DNA of 64,000 nucleotides from Thermoplasmata archaeon (GTDB lineage Archaea; Thermoplasmatota; Thermoplasmata; RBG-16-68-12), in NCBI GenBank assembly GCA_036395115.1, contig DASWDU010000034.1:14941-78940 (forward strand), in the 5' to 3' direction. Shown piece by piece: positions 49,468 to 59,977 of this stretch. The translations under genes were made by a program, and so were the position numbers. Position 1 is the stretch's first letter. Every line of letters begins with the position of its first letter. Below the pieces are notes generated by a model. The model did not search any database, was not told where the DNA came from, and saw only the letters and a list, made by a program, of their open reading frames with translations.

Positions 49468-49844
49468 GGTTTTCCGCCCTCCGCTTCCTGGATTAGTGAA
49501 CGATACCTCTTCAGCACGTTCTCGATGTTCTGCGAGAACAGCTCCTTGTCCTCCGAACTGGCCGTGAGGATGTCCCCGCCCCGTGTTAGAATAGGACTTA
49601 CGTCCATGATGAACTTTATGAAACGACCGGCTTGCTCGTCGGGAATCCTCGAAAGGAAGCCCGCGAGGGCATTCGGATCATTGAGCTTCGTCAGTACGTC
49701 CGACTTGAGTCCCGTTTCGGCCTCGAGCGTCGCCATGTCCCGTGCCAACCCTCCGAAAATCTTGACGAGTCCGTACATGAAAAGAATCAGCTTGCGAGAG
49801 TCAGGCTCTCCGACCTTCGGTTCTGGCATGGGCGGCCCGTTCAC
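49464..49844 (-). CDS. Hypothetical acidic protein (126 aa), low-GC island
   Basis: No recognisable motif; first gene of a three-gene minus-strand unit divergent from the DGQHR gene. Confidence 0.4.
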   Translation of the reverse strand: MNGPPMPEPKVGEPDSRKLILFMYGLVKIFGGLARDMATLEAETGLKSDVLTKLNDPNALAGFLSRIPDEQAGRFIKFIMDVSPILTRGGDILTASSEDKELFSQNIENVLKRYRSLIQEAEGGKP

Positions 49845-50137
49845 GGATGGACACCAACGGCTAAAGCCTTTCTCAACCCGACGTTCTGTGGTGGATGGTT
49901 TCTGGCGAAGGGTTCCGTTTCGACGTTGTTGACGCGCCTTCCGGTAGGTTTATCCCTTATGCCCGGTTATGCCCAGATAGTCCAGCGGCTGTAACCCTCC
50001 ACGACGTGGCTGGGGGTCGCGGACGAGAAGGCAAAGCGTGTTTACGAGTAGCGGCGCCCTCACCGAGGCGGCCTCACTGTCCTCCGGCTTTGGACCCTCC
50101 ACAGCAGTGGTTGGGGGCGGGAGGACGATGTGAGACC

Positions 50138-51331
50138 ATGGAAAGCCAAACAAGGCGAAAGGCGGTGGCCCCCGCCGAAGAGAAAGGGGTCGAAGGCGTG
50201 AACACTCGGCAGGCAGTCCGGGAGATCCGGAAGCTTGCCCTAGAGTACGAGCAGCACGGGAACCGGTTCTACGTCACGGTGTGGACGGGCACCGAGTTGG
50301 CGAAGAGCACGACGGTGCCGGTCTTCGACAGCAGGAAAGAAGACGGGTACCAGCGGCTCCCCAAGAAGCAGCGCGTACACAGGGCGGCCAAGTACCTCCT
50401 TTCGGGAGGGAAGTTCCCGGGGGCCATCCTCCTGAGCATCAGGGGTCCGGACCGTGAGAAGATCTCCGTGCGCCCGATCCAGGATGTCCCGGGGAACGGG
50501 TTCTACCGGCTCGTCGAACTAACCATTCCGGCGGGGGTCATGATCTACCTCGTCGATGGACAGCACCGGAAGTACGCCCTCGTCGAGGGGATCGACCAGG
50601 GGAGCCACCTCGAGAACTTCGGGCTCGCCTCGGTCATTTTTCTTTCCGAGGACGAGGTCGACGAGGCCCAACAGTTCCGGACCGTCCACAAGGAGCAAAA
50701 GAACGTCCCCACGGACCTCGTGGACCGGATCCTGCTCCGCGAAGTGGAGACGGATCGGGTGAACCCGATCGCCCTCCGGCAAGCCGGCGAGTACAAGAAG
50801 CTCCGGGAGTGGACCGCGATCCGCGTCACGCGCCTCCTGGACGAGCTGCAGGGGAGCCCGTGGCATGGCCGGATCAAGCCTCCGAACGCGGGGATGTTGG
50901 CCGAGGAGGCCAAGGCCAAGGGCGACGAGGCCCCGGACTGGGACGTGACGGAGAACAGCGTCAAGACGTCGCTTACACCCGTCATCGAGTTGCTCGACGG
51001 ATGGGAGCCAGAAGCAATCGCGAACATGCTCGTCGCGTACTGGCAAGCGGTCGTCGAGGTGTGCGCACAGGCCTGGGCGAACAAGGAGGCCTATCTGTAC
51101 ATGCACAACACGAAGGGGATCTACGTCCTCCACTCGTTCTTCCCGGCGTGCTTCGCGCACTCCGTGAAGCTATCGGGTGGGCCGTCGAAGGACAACTTCG
51201 CCTCCGTGCTCTCGGATGCGGGCTTGGACGACGAGTTCTTCGCCCGTGGAGGGGAGCTCGAGGGGGTCGGAGGTTGGGGCGGGTTCAAGACGAAGGCGCA
51301 GGAACTCGTGTCGAACCTAGCCGAGACGTAG
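50138..51331 (+). CDS. DGQHR-domain protein (DndB-like; ParB/Srx-fold)
   Basis: 'VMIYLVDGQHRKYALVEG' DGQHR motif. ~397 aa, the size of DndB. 'gggaggac' SD-like element 11 nt upstream of the ATG. Confidence 0.75.
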   Translation: MESQTRRKAVAPAEEKGVEGVNTRQAVREIRKLALEYEQHGNRFYVTVWTGTELAKSTTVPVFDSRKEDGYQRLPKKQRVHRAAKYLLSGGKFPGAILLSIRGPDREKISVRPIQDVPGNGFYRLVELTIPAGVMIYLVDGQHRKYALVEGIDQGSHLENFGLASVIFLSEDEVDEAQQFRTVHKEQKNVPTDLVDRILLREVETDRVNPIALRQAGEYKKLREWTAIRVTRLLDELQGSPWHGRIKPPNAGMLAEEAKAKGDEAPDWDVTENSVKTSLTPVIELLDGWEPEAIANMLVAYWQAVVEVCAQAWANKEAYLYMHNTKGIYVLHSFFPACFAHSVKLSGGPSKDNFASVLSDAGLDDEFFARGGELEGVGGWGGFKTKAQELVSNLAET

Positions 51332-51388
51332 CCACCGGATGAGGGGGCCCGCGCCCCCACTCTCTTTTTTTCAGCGACCCGCCTAGCC

Positions 51389-52795
51389 TCAGTCCTCGTC
51401 GTCGTCCTCCGACACGTCGAGAACCATCTGCTCCCCGGGGATCTCCCTCACTCTCTCGCGGACCTTCACGTTGCTGATGATGAGGACATCCGGTACGGCG
51501 TCTGTGCCCATTTCTCGGCTGGCCAAGGAATTCTTTCTCCATTGGTCGACGGTCAGCGGTCGAAGGTAGTAGTTGAACCGTGACCCGACGTACAGCCAGA
51601 GCTGACGCTTGCTCCACTCCGCGTGCCTCAACGCCTCCAGGAAATCATCCCGTTTCATGACGGAGACCGTCGGCCCAATCCCGAAGGTCGAGAGCGGTGC
51701 TTCCTTGGACGCCTCGAGGATGGAATCAAGAAGGCCATCGTCAAATGTGGCCCCCCGATTCATCACGAAGAAGAGATCAAGGACGGACCGGCGCTTGCTC
51801 CCGCGGGAAGCTCGCCTGTAGCCCCGGTGCGAAATGGCGAATACGGATCCCACGCCGTCCTCACTCAGGCTTGCCAGGCCACGTCGCTTCGCGGTCTCTC
51901 GCGCCAAGAGGTAGGCGTACTTCAGCTTGCGAAGGGCCTGGATTCGACGAGAAAGGGTTCGCTTCCACCCGTCCTGGGATTGCTTTGCTTCAAGGCGCTT
52001 CTGCCACAATCGCTGGACTTCCGGCAGAACCTTCTTGGGGAAATTGGCCACGAACTCCTCATTGAGTTCCAGGCCGATCGCCTTCCGATCCATGCAATCT
52101 GCTTGGGCCACAACAATCCCGGTTCCGGCGAAGCAGTCGAGGACAATATCACCGGGGTCCGTCGTTAGCTCGATGATGCGCTCAGCGAGGGCTGGAGGAA
52201 AAGGGCAGTAGTGTCGAAGGAATCCGTTGCTCCAGGAGCCCTGCGTCGGGATTGGCACACGCCACACGTTTCCCGGATCTTTTCCCTGCGGATTGTAACG
52301 TTCTGGGTACTTCACCCACCATCGCTTGAGATCGACCGGTTCCCGGATTCGATTGACGAAATACTTGAAGGTCGCGCCTTTTGAGAAGAACAGAACGTAC
52401 TCGAAAGCGTCGCGGAACATGCCCTTGGCCGACCACGGGAGCGTCTTCGTCTTGTCCCATATGACGACATCCTGAAGCTTCCAGCCCAGACCCTTCAACC
52501 GGTTGGCCAGATCGAACGGCAGCGGCAAGAGCTCCCCGCTTCGTTTAACGGAGTCGGCAACGATCCACAGGGAACCGCTCTGCTTGGTAACCTTCAGAAC
52601 GTCCGCGAATACCCGTTGAAGCGCGGAGAGATATTCCTCGTAGCTCGACTCCCTCCCGATCTGCTGAGGGAATCCCCAATCCTTCTGACCCCAATAGGGG
52701 GGCGAGGTCAGTGTCAAGGTGACGCTATCTGGTTCCACGGCTTCGGAGAGGCGGCGTGCATCCTGCCAGAGAAATTTATATGACTGCTCGCTCAT
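51389..52795 (-). CDS. Beta-class amino (N4-C/N6-A) DNA methyltransferase with ~200-aa unknown C-terminal domain and acidic tail
   Basis: Motif IV 'TSPPYW' precedes motif I 'DCFAGTGIV' (beta-class order). 'aggtgagg' SD-like element 9 nt upstream of 'MSEQSYKF'. Ends 'DVSEDDDED'. Confidence 0.8.
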   Translation of the reverse strand: MSEQSYKFLWQDARRLSEAVEPDSVTLTLTSPPYWGQKDWGFPQQIGRESSYEEYLSALQRVFADVLKVTKQSGSLWIVADSVKRSGELLPLPFDLANRLKGLGWKLQDVVIWDKTKTLPWSAKGMFRDAFEYVLFFSKGATFKYFVNRIREPVDLKRWWVKYPERYNPQGKDPGNVWRVPIPTQGSWSNGFLRHYCPFPPALAERIIELTTDPGDIVLDCFAGTGIVVAQADCMDRKAIGLELNEEFVANFPKKVLPEVQRLWQKRLEAKQSQDGWKRTLSRRIQALRKLKYAYLLARETAKRRGLASLSEDGVGSVFAISHRGYRRASRGSKRRSVLDLFFVMNRGATFDDGLLDSILEASKEAPLSTFGIGPTVSVMKRDDFLEALRHAEWSKRQLWLYVGSRFNYYLRPLTVDQWRKNSLASREMGTDAVPDVLIISNVKVRERVREIPGEQMVLDVSEDDDED

Positions 52796-53099
52796 CTTCT
52801 CGACCTCACCTGCTTTTTCCCGGTCGGATTCGGGACTTTCCGAAGGCAGGACGGGCACGAAACGTTGAGAAGATCGGACTTCGTCGTCCATTGGTGGCCA
52901 CAGTGTGGGCACTTGAGCGTGGTCATGGTCGGACGGGATGCTGGTAGTAGTAGCAGTAGTAGCCATCCGTTTAATGGGGAAAACCCTTTCTATGGCTCGC
53001 CTGCCTTTGTGTTCGCCAGTCAAGAGATCGTGCATGTCGGCGTCTTCGGATCTTGGTGTCAGATGCATCCCGCCGGACTCCAAAGGCGACTCCTTCCGG

Positions 53100-54330
53100 G
53101 ATAAAGTCGGTGCGGCGCCGTAGCATACATGCATGCTACGTGAGTCCTCGTCGCTCCTTCCAGTACGTCGCCCATCGGATCAGGTCGCCCCACCCATCGT
53201 CGAACGGCAGTCGGATCCCGGCAGCTATGGCTGGCGTGCCGCCGTCCAGCGATTCGTGGCCCCGAAGGAAATCGTATTGCACGACGAAGGCGTGGCTGAA
53301 CGCCTCCGCCCCGGCGGGGGTCTGGAAGCCGCGCATTGTCTTCACGCGGTCCTTGAATGTCCCATTCAGCCGCTCGATGAGATTGTTGTTCGGGCCGCTC
53401 CGGAAGTGAATCCGATTCAAGTGGAGTCGCCCCGTTGTGTTCGCGTAGAAGTTCCTTCGGACGCCTTCGCGGTAGGCGGCCAAGCGGTCCGTCACGATCC
53501 GTTCGGGCCGCGTTAGGGAAACGGCCTTCGCCTCCCGGAACAGGCGAACGGCGTGTTCGTCCTTCCGGCCCCACTCCGTCACGGAACTCGATGCGATAAA
53601 CCGCGTCCCCGCGTCCTCCGTGAACCACGTCCACATGTCCACTCCCGCGACCTTGATCGCGGTCTCGTCGGCGTGCCACGTCGTGCTTAGGTCCGCTCGG
53701 AACGAGGACGTGTACTCGCGGACCAGCGGCGCGTACTTCCGGAGCCACCGCCAGATTGTCGACTTGTCCCGCCGGGGGTAGAGGTTGCGCCCCGTCCGCT
53801 TGTGGCTCAGGCCGTCCACATACAGACGAAGCGCGGAGGCGATCACACGGGTCGGCGTCCGCATCTTCGGAAGCCGTCCGTTGTCCTCGAACGTATGGTG
53901 ACAGTCTTTGCATCGGAGCACCTGCACGCCGCGCTTCCGGCCGTACTTCGTCACATGGTTCGAGGCACAGTACTTGCATTTGCCCTTCCTCTCGGCAACT
54001 TGATACGCGAGCTGTTCCTTACTGATCGTCCGGGGTTCGTCGGACACAACGACGAGCCTCCCAGCCAAGCGGTGTTCACAGCACCGCTTGGCTCCACTTT
54101 CTCCATAGGAACAGAGGCTAATCTGTGTGACAGCAGGGGGTGAGCGAACCTCCTCGGGAACGAGGAAAACCCGCCATTTATCGCGCGTACGGCGCGTCCC
54201 TGGGCGATCTGAAACACTTTCACTCGGGAGGCTAGTCTGACGGTGCCGACGGTGGACGTGCCGACGCGCGTTCTGGCCCAATCCCGGGGCTTCCTACCCA
54301 CGCCCGGGATGGCTACGCCTGGGTCGGTTT
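53100..54330 (-). mobile_element. IS6-family insertion sequence (approximate ends)
   Basis: Single IS6-type transposase; boundaries and TIRs not resolved. Confidence 0.5.
53136..54281 (-). CDS. IS6-family transposase with N-terminal zinc-ribbon/HTH extension
   Basis: '...WHADETAIKVAGVDMWTWF...IVTDRLAAY...NNLIERLNGTFKDRVKTMRGF' DDE region; N-terminal 'CKYCASNHV...CKDCHH'. True start probably internal. Confidence 0.75.
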   Translation of the reverse strand: MGQNARRHVHRRHRQTSLPSESVSDRPGTRRTRDKWRVFLVPEEVRSPPAVTQISLCSYGESGAKRCCEHRLAGRLVVVSDEPRTISKEQLAYQVAERKGKCKYCASNHVTKYGRKRGVQVLRCKDCHHTFEDNGRLPKMRTPTRVIASALRLYVDGLSHKRTGRNLYPRRDKSTIWRWLRKYAPLVREYTSSFRADLSTTWHADETAIKVAGVDMWTWFTEDAGTRFIASSSVTEWGRKDEHAVRLFREAKAVSLTRPERIVTDRLAAYREGVRRNFYANTTGRLHLNRIHFRSGPNNNLIERLNGTFKDRVKTMRGFQTPAGAEAFSHAFVVQYDFLRGHESLDGGTPAIAAGIRLPFDDGWGDLIRWATYWKERRGLT

Positions 54331-54754
54331 CCACCAGATTCTCACCCGGAACGAATCCGGGTGTCCATGCGCTCCATCCCTCTTGGCGAGGGCAGTTCTC
54401 CCATCCGGGTTTGTGAGCGGTGGTCGGAGGTTGGACCAACTCTTTATAGATTGCGGGGGCCGGGGCGGGACTCACAAGCCCAGAGGTCATGCGCCTCAGA
54501 ACGCTACCCTCCCCGACCCTTTCCGCCAAGAATAATGCAACGGAATCCCCTTGAGTCACTTCCCGGTGGAGGTCTCGGCGAGGTGGCGTCGGGCGGATAG
54601 CGAACCCACGCTTCCGATTCGGAACGCCTCGTGCTCGTGGGTCTCCGTCATCGCGGTTTCTTCGGAGTCCTTGAGGGGACCTGTGTCCGCCGCCCGATCC
54701 CTTGGGATGGCGTCGCAACTGATAAGGCGGGTTTCCTCGTTGTCTCGCGTCCTC

Positions 54755-55960
54755 ATGGGGCCACCGTGCCGCTACTGCAACCAAATCAAGGCCCACTCGC
54801 GCGCCTACCGACCCCGGTCTGCCTCGCACGCCGTAGCCACGCCATTTCCGCGATGCGACTGGCATTGGAGGTTCGTGTGCGCCGTGTGTGGCAAGTCGCG
54901 CCACTTCCACGGCATCGCGTATTGTGGACGAGAGCAGCGGTTCTTTTGCCTCTACTGCGCGCCCGAGCACCGCGCACCGCGGAAGCCCTTCTGGGGCTGG
55001 TCGTACCACTACCGTCTGCGCTGCCCATGGCGGTCCGAATGGCACGCAGCACTCGATCGGCTGGAGTACGAGCGCAGACACCCATGGCAGGTGAAGCGAT
55101 CGTGGCAGCGCGCGAGGCGCGGCATGAGTGAGGATGAGAACATCCAGGCCAGCTGGTCGTTTCGCGTCCAAGCGCTCGAGGACGTCACAGAGGAGGACTC
55201 GCGGAAAGGCTGGGACTCGGTCGCGGAGTGGTGGATTTCGCGGTATACCGAGAGAGGCGACGTGAACCGGGAATGGGTGATCGACCCCGCTCTGTTCCGC
55301 CTCCTGGGCGACGTGCGAGGCAGACGAATCTTGGACGCGGGCTGCGGCACCGGTTACCTAGCCCGCATCCTCGCCGCGAAGGGCGCGATTGTGGTCGGTG
55401 TCGATCTCTCTCCGAAGCTCCTCGCGGCGGCTCGAAAGCAAGAGGCTCTGGAGCCTCTCGGCGTCGAGTACGAGGAAGCGGATCTCGCGGATCTTTCGCG
55501 TTTCGGCGACGGGACGTTCGATGTGGTGGTGTCGAACGTCGTGATGCAGGATGTCCTCCGATACCGCGAAGCGTTCCGGGAACTCCGTCGGATCATCCGG
55601 CCCGGGGGACAGCTCCTGTTCAGCGTCACCCATCCGTGTTTCGAGCGCCCCATCCCCGGATCGTGGCTTCGGGAGCCCCCGGATACGGAGCGAGTCGAAG
55701 AGTGGCGGGGCCTGCTAGTCGATAGATACTACGACCGAGTCGCAGTCTGGTGGGGACCCGCGGGCAAGGAGACCGCGGTCGGCTTCCACCGCACCTTGGA
55801 GGATTACGTCACCGCGTTGCACGACGCGGGATTCTTCGTGGTACGGATGGAGGAACCCGTGCCCAGCGAGGATGCACTGCAACGCATGTACCGCGAGTTC
55901 GCAGACTACTCACGTGTGCCACTGTTCCTGATCATCGAAGCGATTTGCTTGGCGGCTTGA
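54755..55960 (+). CDS. Cys-rich zinc-finger domain fused to class I SAM-dependent methyltransferase (Methyltransf_11-like)
   Basis: N-terminal 'CRYCNQ...CDWHWRFVCAVCGKSRHFHGIAYCGREQRFFCLYCAPEH...C'; methyltransferase motif I 'ILDAGCGTGYLARIL' and '...DVVVSNVVMQDV...'. Start ambiguous: 54551, 54707 or 54755. Confidence 0.6.
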   Translation: MGPPCRYCNQIKAHSRAYRPRSASHAVATPFPRCDWHWRFVCAVCGKSRHFHGIAYCGREQRFFCLYCAPEHRAPRKPFWGWSYHYRLRCPWRSEWHAALDRLEYERRHPWQVKRSWQRARRGMSEDENIQASWSFRVQALEDVTEEDSRKGWDSVAEWWISRYTERGDVNREWVIDPALFRLLGDVRGRRILDAGCGTGYLARILAAKGAIVVGVDLSPKLLAAARKQEALEPLGVEYEEADLADLSRFGDGTFDVVVSNVVMQDVLRYREAFRELRRIIRPGGQLLFSVTHPCFERPIPGSWLREPPDTERVEEWRGLLVDRYYDRVAVWWGPAGKETAVGFHRTLEDYVTALHDAGFFVVRMEEPVPSEDALQRMYREFADYSRVPLFLIIEAICLAA

Positions 55961-56039
55961 ACCGATGGACCCGGCTCAAATCGTTGTGCGCGGAACTTTA
56001 TATCCCACCGTTTTCCTAGCTCCCTTAGGAGTAAAGTCG

Positions 56040-56366
56040 ATGGCAGACAAGCCAATTCATGTAACCGATGCTGAGTTCGAGAAGGCCATCAACGAGCATC
56101 CCTACGTCGTCGTCGATTTTTGGGCGGAGTGGTGCGCCCCGTGCCGCGCGATCGAACCCATCGTCGAGGACCTCGCGAAACGGTATGCGGACAAGGTGAC
56201 CTTCGTCAAGGTGAACACCGACGAGAACCCGAGGACGCCGCAGCAGTTCATGGTGATGGGCATCCCGACGATCCTGTTCTTCAAGAACGGAAAGCTCGTC
56301 GACCAGGTCGTCGGCGCGATGCCGCGCGGGCCGTTCGAGGAACGTGTCAAGAAGCACCTCGCATGA
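56040..56366 (+). CDS. trxA: Thioredoxin
   Basis: 'VVDFWAEWCAPCRAIEPI' with a CAPC active site. 108 aa. Confidence 0.9.
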   Translation: MADKPIHVTDAEFEKAINEHPYVVVDFWAEWCAPCRAIEPIVEDLAKRYADKVTFVKVNTDENPRTPQQFMVMGIPTILFFKNGKLVDQVVGAMPRGPFEERVKKHLA

Positions 56367-56410
56367 CGACAGCTAGAAATAGGCATCCGTTCCTTCGAGG
56401 ACGGGACACC

Positions 56411-56575
56411 ATGAGCAGCCTCATCGAAATGCTCGCGAGCAAGAAGAAAGCCCCCTTGGTCGCTCCCGAGTCGACCGTGATCCTGCCGGTGCTGCAGAAG
56501 GAGCACGAGGGCTCCTGCGGCGAGGGCTGCGGCTGCGCGAACGGCGGCGAGGAAGGCGGCTGCTGCGGCGGCTGA
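56411..56575 (+). CDS. Cys-rich 54-aa peptide downstream of thioredoxin
   Basis: 'MSSLIEMLASKKKAPLVAPESTVILPVLQKEHEGSCGEGCGCANGGEEGGCCGG', 44 nt after the trx stop. Confidence 0.4.
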   Translation: MSSLIEMLASKKKAPLVAPESTVILPVLQKEHEGSCGEGCGCANGGEEGGCCGG

Positions 56576-56602
56576 GCCGACGCCGGCGACCTGTTCCGAC
56601 GT

Positions 56603-57049
56603 TTGAGAATCATCGCGGATAATCGTCTCGTCCCGCTTATATACCGTCGAACGCCTCAATTCCTCCGCACAGAGGAGGAAGCGAATACGGACCCCTTGGA
56701 AGCGTCGAGACTCGTGACTGACGAGTACTCGGCGAAGATCCTCGTGGCGACCTTCAAGAAATCGAGGTCGGCCATCGATCTCAGCCGCGAATACGGCATC
56801 CCAATCGCCGCGTGCTACCGTCGCATCCACGCCCTCGAGCGCGCGGGCCTCATCCGGTGCACGGAGCGGGCGCTGACGCAGAAGGGCAAGCGCATCTCCC
56901 TCTACATGTCCCAGCTCAAGAACGCGTACATCTTCTTCGAGAACGGCCGCCTGCGGGTACGATTCCAGCTCGCGACCGGAATCACGAAGGACTTCGGCGG
57001 CGACTGGAACGCCGTGGACGTCGTCGAGCCGATCTTGCCAACCCGATAA
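56603..57049 (+). CDS. Winged-HTH transcriptional regulator
   Basis: '...SAIDLSREYGIPIAACYRRIHALERAGLIRC...'. Confidence 0.5.
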   Translation: MRIIADNRLVPLIYRRTPQFLRTEEEANTDPLEASRLVTDEYSAKILVATFKKSRSAIDLSREYGIPIAACYRRIHALERAGLIRCTERALTQKGKRISLYMSQLKNAYIFFENGRLRVRFQLATGITKDFGGDWNAVDVVEPILPTR

Positions 57050-57561
57050 CCCCTCCTCCACAACCCACAGGCAGGACCGAGAACCCCTCGTCCTGCCTCT
57101 TTTATTCCGCGATGGGGAGCGGTGAGTTCGGGCGGACGATATGACGTTCGCCGACGCGTTGACAAACACCGCCAAGCGCCCATCTGTCTGACGCACGATC
57201 GTGGGTCTCAGAACTGAGACCGTTGACAAATTTCTCTTATATGACGGGCCGAAATTGCCTCAGTCGCGATGGACCGGGAGCGCATGAAGTACCTGTTCAA
57301 AGAGGTGCTCGGCGTCGACGTCGACGAGGTCGTGAGGAAGGTCGTCGCGACGATCGCCATCGAGCGAGCGAAACAAGCGCAGAAGAACACACAGGACTGG
57401 AAGCGGTACATGGAAGCGGAAGGGGGAATCGTCATCCTCCCCTCGAACGTCACCCAGTTGGGGCGGAAGGATCCGAGGAAGTGAGTCGCGCCGCACGCCG
57501 ATCGGCGGCTCTCGACCCGCCGACCTCGCGCGGTCGGATATCCTTTAAATTGGCCCCATGA

Positions 57562-58958
<1,397 letters not shown>

Positions 58959-58970
58959 TGGTGTGCTACC

Positions 58971-59557
58971 TCAGGTCGCCCACGGCTCTCTCCCGACGAT
59001 CGATTCGGTGGCGGACCATATCAGATCGAAGACGAACGTGTGACCGGTGGGCAACGGCACGCCGTTGCCCACGATGGCGAAAACATCGCCGCGGTTCACC
59101 GTCCCATCTCCGTCGACGTCCGTCCAGGTGACCCGCAGGGTCGTCGAGCCGATCGCGATCGGTGTCGCATCCCCGCTCGCCCCCAACGGACGGCTCGTCC
59201 CTGTGACTGAGTCGATCTGCAGGTTGAAGGCGTATAGGGACGGCGGCCGTTGTTCGCTTGCCGCTCCGACGGCAAAGCTCACGTTCCCGTTCGATGTCTG
59301 GAGATTCGCGAAGCGATGGCCGGCCTGGGCGGAGTCCCGAGAAAGGTCCCGAACAGCGACACGACCGCGAAGATGATGAGCGCGACGAGCGCGATCGCCA
59401 CGATGATGAGGACCAGGATCGTCCGGACCAGGGCCTTCTGCCCATGCGGCGGCGGAACCGGGTATCCGGGCGGGCCATACGGACCGTGTGGCGGCCCCGG
59501 ACTCGGGGGCGGAAACGGAGGTTGCGCCACCTCTCGGCAATGTGCCTCGGACGTCAA
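58971..59557 (-). pseudogene. Possible frameshifted membrane-anchored protein (Pro-rich N-terminus plus TM at 59279-59557; beta-rich extracytoplasmic domain at 58971-~59300 in another frame)
   Basis: The 92-aa ORF ('...PPHGPYGPPGYPVPPP...LVLIIVAIALVALIIFAVVSLF') and the 189-aa ORF ('...NGNVSFAVGAASEQRPPSLYAFNLQIDS...TWTDVDGDGTVNRGD...') overlap in different frames. Could equally be two genes. Confidence 0.3.
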
Positions 59558-59929
59558 ATAGACGTCCCCTCTGGCGGAAATCTTGGCGGACCGAAGATTT
59601 TAAGTGCGCCGCTTCGGATACACGCCGCCAGAAGGGATGGTGAGTCTCTGCTCGAAGAGATCTCCGAAATTATTGGGCTCCAGGTCTACACGCACAACGG
59701 CGTGTTCCTCGGGAACGTGAACAACCTCGTCGTCGACGTGGACAATGGCGCGGTCGACGGAATCTTCATCGGCGAGACGAACCCGCTCCTCGTCGAGGGG
59801 AGCCGGGCGGTGAGCGTGCCGTTCCGGTGGGTCCAGAGCGTGGGGGACATCGTCGTCCTGCGGTATTTCCCGAAACGCGTCTCGCTCCGAAAGGGCGCCG
59901 CCCCGGCGATCCCTGCCCCGGCCAAGTAG
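59540..59929 (+). CDS. PRC-barrel domain protein
   Basis: '...IIGLQVYTHNGVFLGNVNNLVVDVDNGAVDGIFIGE...VPFRWVQSVGDIVVL'. The start ATG overlaps the 5' end of the divergent minus-strand ORF. Confidence 0.5.
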   Translation: MCLGRQIDVPSGGNLGGPKILSAPLRIHAARRDGESLLEEISEIIGLQVYTHNGVFLGNVNNLVVDVDNGAVDGIFIGETNPLLVEGSRAVSVPFRWVQSVGDIVVLRYFPKRVSLRKGAAPAIPAPAK

Positions 59930-59977
59930 AGACCGCACGCCGATATTCTTATTCGGCCGGGCTCATTAGCTGACGGC

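Noticed and set aside
53117-53136. Near-palindrome gtagcatacatgcatgctac at the IS6 transposase stop, as a possible IS terminal repeat
   Set aside because: No matching inverted copy was found at the other end of the element, and it overlaps the stop region of the gene. Possibly just a terminator-like hairpin.
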